64,000 bases of DNA from Paramecium tetraurelia (lineage: Eukaryota), in the NCBI GenBank assembly GCA_000165425.1, contig CT868679.1, positions 1 through 64,000 of the forward strand, read 5' to 3'. How positions within the stretch are numbered: position 1 is the stretch's first letter; the number at the start of each line of letters is the position of its first letter. Position numbers and translations under genes: made by a program. The notes beneath the pieces were generated by a model that saw only the letters and a list, made by a program, of their open reading frames with translations, made no database searches and had not been told where the DNA came from. Positions 13,207-26,419 of this stretch are shown here, piece after piece.

Positions 13207-16200
13207 TCATTATAGAAGAGCAATCACTTTATTTTTTTATGTTTAATCTTAAACATTCAAAATAATGTTTTCAATTAAAGTTTTATATTGTTGATTTTGA
13301 ATCAAACCTTTTACGGTAGTCACAACAAAGTTTAATTATTCTTCTTTAAGCTATTAATACTAGAAATATTTAATACCTTATAGTGTTCCTTTTAAATAAG
13401 TGAATCTAATAACAATTTGATAACTTATTCCATTCTTGGTGTTATAAGATCAGGAATAGTATTTCCCAAATGGACTAAGAATCTTAATCCGGTGAAATTT
13501 TCTTCGACATCTCCTTTGAAAGGTAATTGTGCCAAAATGTGGTCAAGTGTGGTTTCTAATGGTAAAGCTTATGGGAATCTAATAAGAATTCTGCAAACAG
13601 CTGCAGTGGCATTTTCAGCAGCTTCTCTGTAAGTAGTAGCACTTGTAAATATATTAGTAAGTGTTTAGATAATTTATGGGAGAGCTGAAGCAACATCGTT
13701 TTATGGTCCAAATTCACAATATGTAGCCAAAGCATAAGCAGCATTTCTATTTAATTCTTAATCTCCGATGGCAGGAACAGTATTTAATAAGAATGGAATA
13801 GCAATCTATTGGCATTCTGCAATTAGACTTGGTTCATATTCAAAGATTTGGGCAAGACATCCAACTGTGCAAATAATGTCATCAATTTCTTTATTTTTAT
13901 TGAGATTTCCAATCAAATAAGGGTAGATCTATCTGAAGAAAAGGACAAATCCATTTTTCAGATTTTTAGCTAATGTTGGAATTAAATCAGTGAGGTTTTC
14001 TAGAACATTAAGATTCATATCAGAATCTTCTTCTTCTTCTTCACCTTCTGAATCAAGATCAGCTCCTAAACACTTGATTTTCTTGATCAATACTAAAGTA
14101 ATAACTTTGGCTAAATCATCTAGATTCTTGTAGACAAATTAAGGACCTAATTTCTTGGTTAGATGATCAATAACATCTATAGCAAGAGCAGCACATTCAT
14201 AGGATTCATCTTCAGCAATGACTCTGATTAATTTTTACATGACATCTGTTTACAAGAATGTTAAGAATTCAGCATCTAAATTTTCAATGGCTGGTAATCC
14301 TAACTATACTTTTGGCAATACACCATTGTGTTTGAATAAAGCATATCCTTCAATCAAATCTCTGTAACATTAAAGAGTTTAAATCCTGATGTTATCATAG
14401 AAGAAATCAACAGTTTCATCTAAGATATCAAAGGTGGTTTTGAAATATTGTCCAAATTATTATGGGACAGAAATTGCAAATTAACCTAAGGCATGGATGG
14501 CAGCTGCTTTCTCATCCATTTAGGTGACTTTGACTCTCATAGGTCCTTGTTGATTTTCATCTTCAGATTCAGTATCTAAAGAGAATTCTTTCTTTTCTTT
14601 GTCATAAGAGATTCCTTCTTTGGATTCTGCCAACTTGATAGTATAGCTGATGATTTGAGTGAAGATTGGAGCAAACTTCTCACCTTAAGCTGCAGCCATA
14701 TTATAAAAGAAGGCTAAGCAAGCTTCTCTGATTTCAAAATCTTCATGTTTAGTTAATAATTCATAAATTTATGGAGCCAATGGAGTAATCAATTGATTTT
14801 ACACTTCTAAATTAGACTTGAATGATTCAGCAATAGTTCCAAATACTTGGATTGCCTCTGATTTAATACTCATTACTTCAGGAGTATCTTTTTCTTTCAA
14901 TACTTGTAATAGCAATTCACTGACATCCTTCAAATATGCTGCAAATGCCTCTTTAGATGAAACTATAATGCTTCCGATTGAAGATAAACAATGTCTTCTG
15001 GCAATGAAGGTAGTTGTTTATTGTAAGAACAATTGAACCAAACTAGGCAAGAGAGTTTACATGTAAGGAAGTATCTTATCTGATTCCATATTCTCAGCAA
15101 AGATGTCAATAGTCAATAATGCTTTTTCATAAATCTTATGATCTTAAGATTTAAGACAATTGATCATTTCTGGAATAACGATCTAATCATAAGTCAAGAT
15201 TTCTGGGCATAACCATTCACTGAAGTATGATAAGCATTTAATTGCTGCACCTCTTACAGCTGTTCTTTCATCTTTCAATCCTTTAGGAATAATGACATTC
15301 ATAATTGGATTTTGTAATTATCTTCTAATTTAATCTTAGAGTCCTTCTGTTATAGCTGCTAATATCAAAAATCCTGCATTCATTTAGTTTACATCTCCTG
15401 AGTCTATCAATTTTATGATTGTTTCCAAAAATAAACCGAACAAAGTCTTTTTCTTACCCAATCCAATCACTAAGGTTTCCAAGAGCCATAAGGTTACATC
15501 TTAAAGTGGATCCTCATCTTGAGTCAATTAATCTTCTGTGTATGGTTAGGCAATGACTAAGGATAAACATTCGATAAGTTATTTTAATAATGTTGGGTTC
15601 TTATTCAATACCTTCTTGTGGTATTCTACAACGTTATCAATCAAATCCAATACACATTCCTTAAATTTACTGCTGCATTTTGGATTCAACAAAAGCTAAT
15701 TGATTAATTATGTATTAATACATTTTAACTTGCAGCATATTCTACAATCATACCCAAATGAGTATCTAAGATGGTTAATTTGCTTTCGGCTAAATATCCA
15801 AAAGCATCAAAGCAATGATAAGCATTATCTTCATCTCCTTCTTTTATGCATTAATCTACGAATCTTAAGATTGGTTCAACTAGAGTCTTGTATTATTAAG
15901 CCTAAATTAATAGATTAATTAAATTACTTCCTATTTGTTCATATGTTCTATGTTATCGAACAAGGAAATCAAACATTTGACTGTTTGTACTCTGATTTAT
16001 TTGTCACTATCTTGGAGATTTTCAATGAAGAATGGATAAAACACAGAGTAGAATGGCTTCAAACTATCTCCAGAGTAATCAAATATTAAAGCTAATAACA
16101 TTAATCCTCGTTATCTAGTGACTATGTCTTAGTTTTTTGCGGTTTAATTTTATAGAACTTAAAAAAGTTCTGGCCATTTATTATCTCCCAAAGTTTAAAT

Positions 16201-16568
16201 TGCAATAGTTCCTATCAAGGATCCGATACTTGTTCTGATTGGATTGATTGGTTCTGCGAAAAATCTCTCCAATAGCAATTGCTTTAATTGAGTTTGTGCT
16301 GTGGCATCCAATTTATCATAATTTGCAGCCATGTTTCTTTTTAATAAGACACCTGCCAAGTGTCTAAATGATTACTATTTTATTAAACTATAACACATAC
16401 ATTCTCATTTTGAGATATTACTAATGCCAATGGTCCTATGCAATTCACAGACTTAGTGTATACTTTTAAAACACGTGTGGCCTCTTTAATTTTTTCATTA
16501 TCGCCGGAGAGAACGAATGTAAGCATCTAATACAATTACTCTTGTGTCAAGTTGGATAATTCAGCCAT
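13207..16568 (-). CDS. IPO4: Importin-beta family karyopherin, importin-4/Kap123-like (HEAT repeats)
   Basis: MAELSNLTQE...GDNEKIKEATRVLK; RHLAGVLLKR; WPELFQVL; VRGAAIKCLSYFSEWL; DEKAAAIHALGQFA; acidic loops; ~1090 aa. Confidence 0.85.
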
Positions 16569-16644
16569 AAAAAATCACAAATTAAAAATTTTTTACTTTT
16601 TATGTAAAATTTATCATAAATTAAATACACCAGCAAAATTATAT

Positions 16645-16972
16645 TCAGATTATTACAAATTATTTCTTTTTTATTTTTATTGTGTTCTTGCTAATCTTGT
16701 TTTCTACTTTCTTGCCCTATTTCCTCTTTTTATTTTTGCTCTTGATTATCGTCTTGTTTTTCTTATTTCTTAACAATCTAATCCTTTTTTAATTTCTTCA
16801 CAAAAGGTTATTAAAATTTGGCTCTTCGGTCTATGTCGTCAAAACCCAATCCTTATCTTCTCTATGTGTATTAGATCATCATTTGAATATCGCTCAAATC
16901 GGTATATTCTCTCTCATTTGTTTATTGCTATTTTTTTGGTTTCTTTTTAAATAATTCATTTAATATTTCCAT
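16645..16972 (-). CDS. Small K/Q/E-rich hypothetical protein; stop position uncertain (A-run)
   Basis: MEILNELFKKKPKK...RRQGLGFDDIDRRAKF...; the nearest TGA (16645) is one base out of frame after a homopolymer. Confidence 0.55.
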
Positions 16973-17009
16973 TTTTTAATTATAATAATAACATTTAGTA
17001 TATAAAATA

Positions 17010-17739
17010 TCAATTCAAATATAATTATTTAGCTTTACCAAACTTAAGAGCTTGAATTATTTTAAATGAATTTTAAGCATAAATAAATTATATTATCTCA
17101 TCACCAAACCTATATTCTTTGAAGGAAAATTTAATGAAATTTGCTTGTATGAATATCCTTCTTATTAAAAGTATTACAATTAACAATTCACAAGTCCATA
17201 ATACTGCCAATATAACATATATAATCGTATTTAAATTTAAGAACATGGTGATCAAAATTTCGATTATGATTATTATAAAAATAATCAATAACATGACACA
17301 ATACTTCACTCGCTCAGTTTTTGTCAAATTTAGCAATGACAATCTAAATAAATTATAATGATAACTACTTAGATTCCACTTCAGTAGGATAATAGAGGTT
17401 ACAATATGAGCATTACATAATACCATTTCCTTATCTAAACCCTTGATTTATGTGATTTAATAAACAGCTTTAATGAAATTGTCGATTCGAGCATCCACAG
17501 TATCTGCCTGTTGACACAGATGTGCTTTTATTACAAAACTAGCAAAAGAGATTGACACAGTTAAGGGAAGAATTTTAGGTTTTATTCAAATGGAATTAAT
17601 TGGCAGTAATCTGTGGATGCAATTGTTTCCTCACTCTATACACATGTTCAGTGGGTAGCGAGGATGTACCTTATATTGTAATCAATTTTTATTCGAATAT
17701 CTCTGCCTGAGCTTAATTATGAACTGCAGTAGTATCCAT
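17010..17739 (-). CDS. RING-CH (RINGv, MARCH-type) E3 ligase with two TM helices; apparent frameshift near 17640
   Basis: CQFC...YCGCSNRQFHQSC...CSYC (C4HC3), then two hydrophobic helices; 25-nt intron. Confidence 0.75.
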
Positions 17740-18269
17740 ATATAAATAAATAAATTAATATGGTCATTTCTCTTTCCACACTTTTTATCCTCCTTAAAGG
17801 GCAATAACTTTCTCATCGCAGAAACTAATTTCATCTAATTAAACTCATGTGGTTTTTGATAGAAACACATTTAATCAATTAGAGCCATCCTAGAAATTTA
17901 AGTTATTCTTTAAATCTCGTAAAATTAATATGTCTCCATGTGTACTCCAAGATTATATTATTAAGAATTCTACATTTTCTCAAATTCGTTTCATTTCCAT
18001 TCTATTTATCTATTTAGTAATTTGCCTTATTCCTATTGATTAACCTTATTTTACTTAATGACTTTTAAATTTATTATTTATAATGATAAAACTAATTGCC
18101 AGCAAAAGAATACCATTTCATTCTGCCAGGTTATGAGATGAAAATGGCGCTCCATCATCTGATCTTTGAAATGTAATGATAATGATTCAAAGTTGCAAAT
18201 AACTGGAATTTATAATAAATATAATTATCCATTTAACTTGAATTCATATTATACATTTCATTAATAAAC

Positions 18270-21200
18270 ATGATTTTACAACCTGTAAGTTCTGGCTCAA
18301 TAAATATCTCAGGAGATAGTCATTAAAATGGACTTGATCATTATTTGACAGAGTTGAATAATTAAAATTTGATGTAAGTCAGACGACCCAATGAAGATCA
18401 GATTTTAGCATTCATTGATTTTGAGGGACTTAAAGCTGATAGATTTAAATAACACAAGACAGTTCCTGATTAAATTAAAGATGATAAAAGTATTGGAAGC
18501 AAAGTATTGCATTAGGTTCGTAGGAACAGTGCAGAGTAATCTGAAGAATCACCTTTAAAGTAATCACTTAGAGATGAATTCATCCAATATGAGAGTCCTA
18601 ATATGGAGCTAAAAAAATTTGGGGATACTGAAGAACACAGAAAGAGTAAGACTGTTATTAGTCCTGCGATTTAATCATCAAAATCACCAAAACGAAAGAG
18701 TAAACATTTTTCAAGAATTTTCACAAAAATTACAAATAGAATGCATTTGGCAAGAAAATTTGTTTAAAAATTGAAATCATTATCTCCGTTTTCAAGAAAG
18801 GTTAGCAAATAACAAATGTAAATAATATAGGACTTAAGTTCTGATATTAATAATTCAAATGAGAAATACATGAATTAAAGTTATATAAAGATGCATGATT
18901 CAGTTAAATCAAAAAAGAAACTGAGAAGAATAAATAGCTTTCAAGCATTTATAGCATTAAAATCATATTTTAGTGTTTGTAAATTATAAACTGTTTTAAA
19001 TAAAATCAAAAATGGAACAATAGATCCTTAAGGGAATTTCCTTTTCTTTTGGGAATTAGTGAAATTTTTCATTACACTATCGTCACTATTCTAATTATCA
19101 ATACAAATATGTTTTAATTTGAACGTTTTAAATTGGTATTTTGTTGCTGAAAAAGAGAATTCATAAAACATATTAATATTTATGTTTATATATTACTTAA
19201 TAGATATATTTCTTGGATTTAGGACAGGTTACTATGAGAACGGAGAAGTAGTGATAAAATATTAAAGAGTGGCAAGAAGATATTTCAAGACTTATTTTTT
19301 TGTAGATCTGATATCAATCTTGCCAATTTTTATTAACATTATATTGATTCAATCATTTGAGAATGATAATACTATAATTAAGATAGTGAATTGCTTATCA
19401 TTTTTAAGATCTAATGCTTTAAGTAGAGTATATCATTCATTGGAAGGTAGATTATTGAGTAATCCTCGATTTGTTATAGGATATAGATTTTTGAGTGTTA
19501 TAGGAACAGTATTTTTGTATGCACATGTATTTGGATGTCTATGGTATTTAATGGCTTAAAAAAACCATAATAATTGGATAAATAAAGCAGGAATAGTGGA
19601 AGATTCTTGGTTCGCTCTTTATAGTTATTCAATCTATTGGTCTGTGATGACTATGACTACAGTAGGATATGGAGATTTAACACCAGCAAATCATGAAGAA
19701 GCCTTATTTTGTGTTTGTACGATGTTCATAGCAAGTGTAGTTTTTGCTTATTCAATAAACACTATAGGAATGATTATTGCTGAAATGAATAAATTTGATG
19801 AGAAGATAAATGAGAATATGGCTATAATTAACAGATATATGTAACGAAAGAACTTCGAATAATCTTTGCAATTTAGAGTGAGACAATATTTACAAAATTT
19901 ATGGACTTAAGAAGATAAATTTAGAATAGTGGATGAGAATAAAATTATCAATTGTTTAAGTCCAACATTAAAAGAAGAAATACAAATATGTTTATATGGT
20001 TAATTTATAACTAACATTCACATATTTTACAGATATTTTAGTTAGGAATGCCTATTAGAGTTAACTAAGAATGTTTAAGAATATAGGGTGGCACCAAATT
20101 CTTATGTAATTGAGAATGGTACTCATGAAGGCATAGCTTTGTATTAATTAGTAAGTGGGGATGCTCATATGTTCGTAGATCTGCAGGATAGAAAATATTA
20201 TATAGGTAAAATGAAGCAAGGAGATATTTTTGGTCATGGACCATTTTTTATGAATACTTTGCATTCTTATAGTGTGAAAACTGATAGTGCCTGTTCTTTT
20301 GCTTATTTATCAAAATAGATGTTTTTAGACATTCTGTAATCCCATCCAGTAGATTATGTAATAATTGAATTTATTTAGTAAACATACAGGATGATAATAG
20401 ACCAGTGGACATTCTAAAATCAGAAATTAGATTTGGGAGTAAAATGCATTGGGTGTGGAGAGAGCGAGCACGATCTAGATCAATGCAGCAAATTACATCT
20501 AATATTGAATAAGAAAATGTTAATAGCAAAACATTTATTTTCTATTCCCAATAAACGATTACCATTCAAAAGAAATAATAGAAGGACAACAAATGCAAAA
20601 TTTGGTCAAAGATTATTTGAAGATGCAGTCTCCTTATTTTAAGAAAATAATTTTTCATTCTCATCCGATGAAGAGGAGCCAGATGCTAGCCAACTTGAAA
20701 GGACTTATCAAACTAAGATGACGTAAGAAATTAGATATTAAGAACATACTTCGACTCATAAATCTTAATAGCCATTATCAACATAATAACATTAACAACC
20801 TAAAAATGTGAGATTTAGAAAAAGGTCTAGGTCTTTGAACTCTTTAAGTGTACATTCTGAAGAAGAATCTAAATTCTAAAAATCTATGTCTGGAATCAAA
20901 TCGAATGATTCCCAATTAGATAAAATAAGTGGCATTCCTGTTAGGATATAACAAATACCTAGCTCATAATTGTCTTAGAGTTCATTTAACGTTTTTCTCA
21001 AAGAGCATCCTAAAAGAAAGATCTCTAAATAGTAGGATTCTGATAAATATTCCAATCATTCTATTGGTCAACGGTAATAACAACCAATACACCTATCTTA
21101 ACAATTATTACATAAATCTAGCAGTTAATCTAGTAGTGGTAATCTGCCCTAAAGTAGCATGGGTATAGCTCTAGTACCCAATACATCTCCTCCTTTATTC

Positions 21201-21719
21201 TAATAAGATGAAAAACAATTGTATTAGAGGAATAATTTTGAGGATAGCTTATACATCACACAGGATAGAAAAAAGAAATCTCAAATTGGAACTAACTATT
21301 CCAATACTAAATCTATGAAGAGTCCTTTATAAGCAATACCTTCTGTAGGAGAGATCAATGAAACAGAAAAATTTAATAATAATCATTTGAAAGAGGGCTC
21401 TTATACCTCAAAATAATTATCTATGCAAAGTAGATCAAGAAGCTAAAGATACACTATTTCATTAAGAACTGATAGTTAAAAAATTAAGGAAGATACTAAA
21501 CATGACACTCAGAAACACGATTTTAAATATCGAACTGATACTTATAGACAATACAATGAAAATAATAGTCCATTAAATGAAGAACAGTTTCACAATAAAT
21601 TTGAATAAGCTTGTGATCTTAAATCTTATTATCCACAATATAACAAGGATTAGATTATTTAAAAATATAAAAGACAACAACTCAAAAAAGTAACTTATTC
21701 CTATTAATTAAAATTTTGA
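18270..21719 (+). CDS. Cyclic-nucleotide-binding-domain K+ channel (EAG/CNG-like, 6TM)
   Basis: Pore YWSVMTMTTVGYGDLTP; HVFGCLWY; C-linker LQFRVRQYL; CNBD GDIFGH; CxxC-x4-H-x4-C knuckle (CIGCGESEHDLDQC). Confidence 0.93.
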
Positions 21720-21838
21720 TTAAATTATATATTATATTTAGTAAAGAATATTTTAATTGCTCAGAAATTATCAAACAGCTCTATTGAAATTAGTGATTTG
21801 ATATATTTATTCATTTATATCTATATCAGAACAAAATT

Positions 21839-22027
21839 ATGAATAAAGAATCAGGTGCCAAAACTTATTAAAATAACCAAGGGTAAAAGTCAAGAAAACA
21901 AGGAAAAGGATCAAAAACAAAAAAGGAATATAATTGTAGATTAATATTAGAAAAGAGAAATGAAAAATAAAATCTTGAGAAATACATAAAACATTAGAAT
22001 GGCAAATACATAGATAACATTTATTGA
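21839..22027 (+). CDS. Possible short basic ORF (62 aa)
   Basis: MNKESGAKTYQ...YIDNIY*; no recognisable motif. Confidence 0.25.
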
Positions 22028-22347
22028 TTAGATTTCATTTCTATATTTATATTTCTCAAATATTATATTTTGTTACTAATAAAGTTTAACACCTTAGTTA
22101 AAATATTAAATTTATATTTTTACAAACTATTTCTAATACATTAAGATAGAATTAAGATAGAATTAAGATATTATTGTTTCAAAACATTTTTACTAAACTC
22201 ATAATTTCTTACTCTACATTTCAATTCTTAATAACATCTTAATAAACTCGAAGGGTTTAGTGAATTCTTATATGTTTTAAGAAAAAAAGAGCAAGCATTA
22301 AGAATTAAATATGATAAATGAAAATGTTAAATTGATTAATTTAGTAA

Positions 22348-23573
22348 ATGAATTCAAGAGACCCACCCAGTAAAATTTTGTTACTTATCATAACTTACCT
22401 ACCTCCTTCTTTCCCTCTTACGAATGATTACTTGTTTGAGACTTTCAAATAATACGGAGAGATCAAGAAAATACTCATTTTTGAGAGAGGAAAAACAAAT
22501 AAAGCCTTCATTGAATATTATGACATCAAACATGCAATCTAAGCTAGAAGAGATATGATGGGTAAATCAATTACAATTTAGGGAGGCAGGTATTTATCAG
22601 TTGTTGAACTCCTAATAGGCTCCTCATCCACTTTTCTCGTTTAAAGTAGCTCAATCTCGAAGTGGTTGATCATACGCGTGGCACTCAATATTAACCTCAT
22701 GAAGTAGAGACATAAGTTTAACCCGAAAAGCAAGTCTAAAATCTGCAAAACGCTCCAATTTTAATTTAAGAAGAAATTAAACCACCTATAATTGATTTAA
22801 CTTAGGTGATTAAATTAGAAGCTGTCGATGTGTCTCATGCTTCTGAAGAATCTCCGACTAAAGCGATGTTTAAAATTATAATTAATTAATAGTATGGAAA
22901 CATAATTAAAATAATTGGAAAGAATTTTAGATGAAGATTATGCAAATGAAGTAGCAAGATCTAACCTTACTCAATTTGATGAATAACAATAAGTCATTAA
23001 TTAATTACTGACTTAAAAACCATCGAAATATTTGAAAGTACAAAACATTGATGAGAGAGTGACCGCTAAAATGTTGTATAATATGTTCAATAGATTTGGT
23101 CATTTGAATGCATTATTATTTTAAAAGAAGGACAATACTGCAATCTTACAATTTACAAATGTCGATCATTCTACTATTGCTAAAGAACTCCTCAATAATA
23201 TTATGTTTTTCAGCAGAGAAGTACTAAAAACCTATTTATTCTTAGATAAGAATATTGTTTCATTAGGTTGATAATCTTGAAGCATCAAATCCTAATGAAG
23301 AATATTATGTTGGTAGTTAAACTAAGTTTAAAATTGTTCCTCTTAGTAAAGTCCTCGTGTTTTCTGGAATCAACGATTTGCTTGATATTCAAGACATGGT
23401 AAAACTTGGTCGGTAAAATTCAAGGTATTAATCAATTCTATTAACTAGAAATCAAATTAGAATAAAACTGTATTTAGATTACTATGGTGGATATCTATGA
23501 GGCATTGAAGGTAATTTCAGTTCTTTCAGAATATGAGTATAAGGGAAACAAAATCAATCTAACTCTTAAATGA
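22348..23573 (+). CDS. PTB/hnRNP-L-like multi-RRM RNA-binding protein; apparent +1 frameshift near 23408
   Basis: PSKILLLII...FKQYGEIKKILIFERGKTNKAFIEY; LLIHFSRLKQLNL; LYNMFNRFG; four mini-introns. Confidence 0.82.
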
Positions 23574-23613
23574 TAAATAAAGATGTGTATATAATATGAT
23601 TTTATAACAGTAA

Positions 23614-24380
23614 TCAAAATAGTAATAAACTACATAACAAATTAATAGTAAAACAGCGAAAAAATAACTATTAAGCCTTTCGATTATCTAGCTGCATAGT
23701 TGTTATTATTATTATATTAGATATTATTATTATTATAGATACTATTATTACTGTAGGAATTAGTATTATTATTATTCTTATAATTATCCTTATTATCATT
23801 CTATATAATATTATCATTATTTTTAATATTTTAATCACAATTATTATATTTATCTTTATTATTATTATTATTAATATTAATATTGTTTTTATTAACATTA
23901 AAGTTAGTCGATTCCTCAAGTTTTTATTCCAGTAAATATACTTTAATTGCAGTTTATTATTACAAAGTTTCTTGGATTTCCTTTTAAAGAATACCTAACT
24001 CATCAAAATGAGGAGCAAACAATTTAACAAATTATTGATTATCCAAATTGTGCTTAATTGAGTTTTTTGCATATTTAGTTTCTAATTAACATTACAGGCT
24101 ACATGCTACATCTCCTGTTATTTGTTCATTAGTATGCATGAAGGAGATTAAACCAATAAGCATAGATTCAATTGTCCATGAATAATTCCAAGTTTCAGGA
24201 TGATAATTTGTAAATGATCTAAGTGCCTTCTAAATGGAGAATCATTAGCAAAATTAAATAGAACGAAATGCAATTAAAAAATATTCTATTTATCAGGTAA
24301 TGCTAAAAAAGTATTACTGGGGTTCAACTACATTTTTTTTTCTCCTGCATTTATCTTATAGCTCTAATTTAACTAGCCAT
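23614..24380 (-). pseudogene. Ubc6/UBE2J-type ER E2 pseudogene (internal deletion of the catalytic core, frameshifts)
   Basis: MASQIRAIR..., ALPDKQNIFQLHFVL..NDSPF joined directly to SFTNYHPETWNYSWTIESMLIGLISFM; poly-Asn tract; C-terminal TM. Confidence 0.8.
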
Positions 24381-24651
24381 TTAAATATATTTTATGTAAA
24401 TTACAAATAATAATCTAAATGATAATGGAAAATGACTCAATAGATCGAAATTAAAAAAAAATCAGTATCTTTACTAGATTATCAAAAATTTTGTTAGAAT
24501 AGCATTCAAAAAATATCATATATCAATTGCATTATAGCATTAGATCCTAAATATACTTAGGAAAAACTTTATGAAATAAAAGTAATCTAAATGCTGAAAT
24601 AAAGGAACTAAAAAAAATAATCTATTGACTTAATTTAATAAATATATTATT

Positions 24652-25587
24652 TCAGATAGGAAAATAATATATATGAATAAAATTTGTTTGTAAATTGTAT
24701 GTTTCTTTGATGATATCTTGTAAGATGGCTCCTTGATTTAGAAATATGACTTTAATCTCTTAAACACAGGGCATCTTTAAATATAAGTCTTCATCTGAGT
24801 AATTTGGATCACCTTAATCTTCAGAAGGTTTCATATCAATTTTCTTAGTGCTTTGTAATTAAATAGAAGTTTCATTTTCTATAATATTGTACCCATTGTT
24901 CTTTAGCCACCGATTTTTGAGTAATATTTTGTACATTGAATTTAAAAACTTCTAGCCTCTATATAATAAAGATAACTTTCTTTCATGTTGGAAAAATATT
25001 TTGACATCATCTCCTAATGAACTTCCACAATGAATCTCAACTTATAATGGGTATATAATGGAGGGTGTCATTTTTGCCTATTAACATTCTGTTTCATGTT
25101 TTTATCTACCATTCTTCAAACATGTTTTATCACAATAAAATGCTGAATAACAGATGGTACAATGTTGAACGATGTAGATAAACATGCCACAGGAGGCACA
25201 AGGTACAACCACATTAGGAAATGTTTCTTTGCTCAAATTCAGGTTGGTTATTGATTAAAAGACTTCAACCAATATTTCTGATTTGAAGTTCATCAACCTA
25301 ATGAATTCATGCAAACAGCTTTATAATTCATTATAATATGGATACTCACCCTGATAGAGACCTAATTAAAATCTTTTAATGATTCCATTGATAACAGATT
25401 CATAGAATTCTTACATAGATGGAGGACTGTTTGCATTGGGTCTGTAGGTGAATTCAGCATATTAATCAGTTTTAGTCATGATGCCTTGTTTTTTCATTTG
25501 TAAAGTGGGATTGGTTGATTCATTTTTCTTAAACAATTACCATTCAATCCATAAATTCTTGGCTAGATTAGTATTATTGTTATTCAT
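24652..25587 (-). CDS. MYND-type zinc-finger protein (311 aa)
   Basis: CASCGMFIYIVQHCTICYSAFYCDKTCLKNGRQKHETEC; intronless, 936 nt. Confidence 0.82.
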
Positions 25588-25598
25588 TAATTTTAAAA

Positions 25599-26369
25599 AT
25601 GTATATCCCCGTGAATGACATGCTTAAGCACTTTAAGCAAGATGCCCCTGCAATGGCCAATATTACTCATAAGAGTGATTAATGGAGTCCATATCATGAT
25701 AATTCAGGGACTGTATTAGGTAAACACAAGAATTAATTCAAAAGCTGTGGGCATTCCAGGAGCAGTAATCGTAGCTGGAGACACAAGATTGAGCAATGGA
25801 TACAACATCTTATCAAGAGATGCCACTAAGTTGTCATAATTGACAGATAAATGTGTATTAGCCACAGCCGGTTAATATGCAGATTTTATTGCATTGAGAA
25901 AATTTCTATAACAAAGATTATAATTGTATGAGTTTTAGAATGAAGTGCAAGTAAGAATGTATCATAATTATCAAAGGCTTCTACAGAGACTGTTGCTCAT
26001 TTGCTGTCTAGAGAATTGTACTCTAGAAGATTTTTCCCATATTACACCTTCAACTTATTGGCTGGATTAGATGAAAATAATCACGGAGTAGTTTATGGAT
26101 ATGATGCAATTGGTAGTTATGATTAGATGACTTATGGGGTTCAAGGAAGCGGGTAAGAATTAGTAGTGGCTGTGTTGGATAATCAATTGAAAGGTTATAA
26201 TAAAATAAATAAAACCATTCCTCAAACAAGGGAGGAAATACTGGATATCATTTTGGATTGCTTCAGTTGTGCAGCCGAGAGAGACATTCATACCGGAGAC
26301 AATGTTGAGATCTTGATCATCACTGCTGCTGGAACAGAAAGAATTGTTAAGCCTCTTAGAAAAGATTGA
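25599..26369 (+). CDS. PSMB1: 20S proteasome subunit beta-6 (PSMB1/Pre7)
   Basis: WSPYHDNSGTVLAV...AGDTRLSNGY; LYSRRFFPYY; YDAIGSY; AERDIHTGD; ends LRKD*; two introns. Confidence 0.95.
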
Positions 26370-26419
26370 TTATTAATAAATAAATTAGTATGAATGTTAT
26401 TGTCGATATAATATATTAA

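Noticed and set aside
17760..18200. Possible extra minus-strand gene between the RING-CH and channel genes
   Set aside because: All frames tried carry TGA interruptions and no family could be recognised; at most a relic
22141..22170. TTAAGATAGAA repeated about 2.7 times
   Set aside because: Short AT-rich slippage repeat with no spacers; not CRISPR-like or telomeric
23671..23919. Ile-rich 82-aa ORF resembling a membrane peptide
   Set aside because: Alternate frame of the AAT (poly-Asn) tract in the Ubc6 pseudogene
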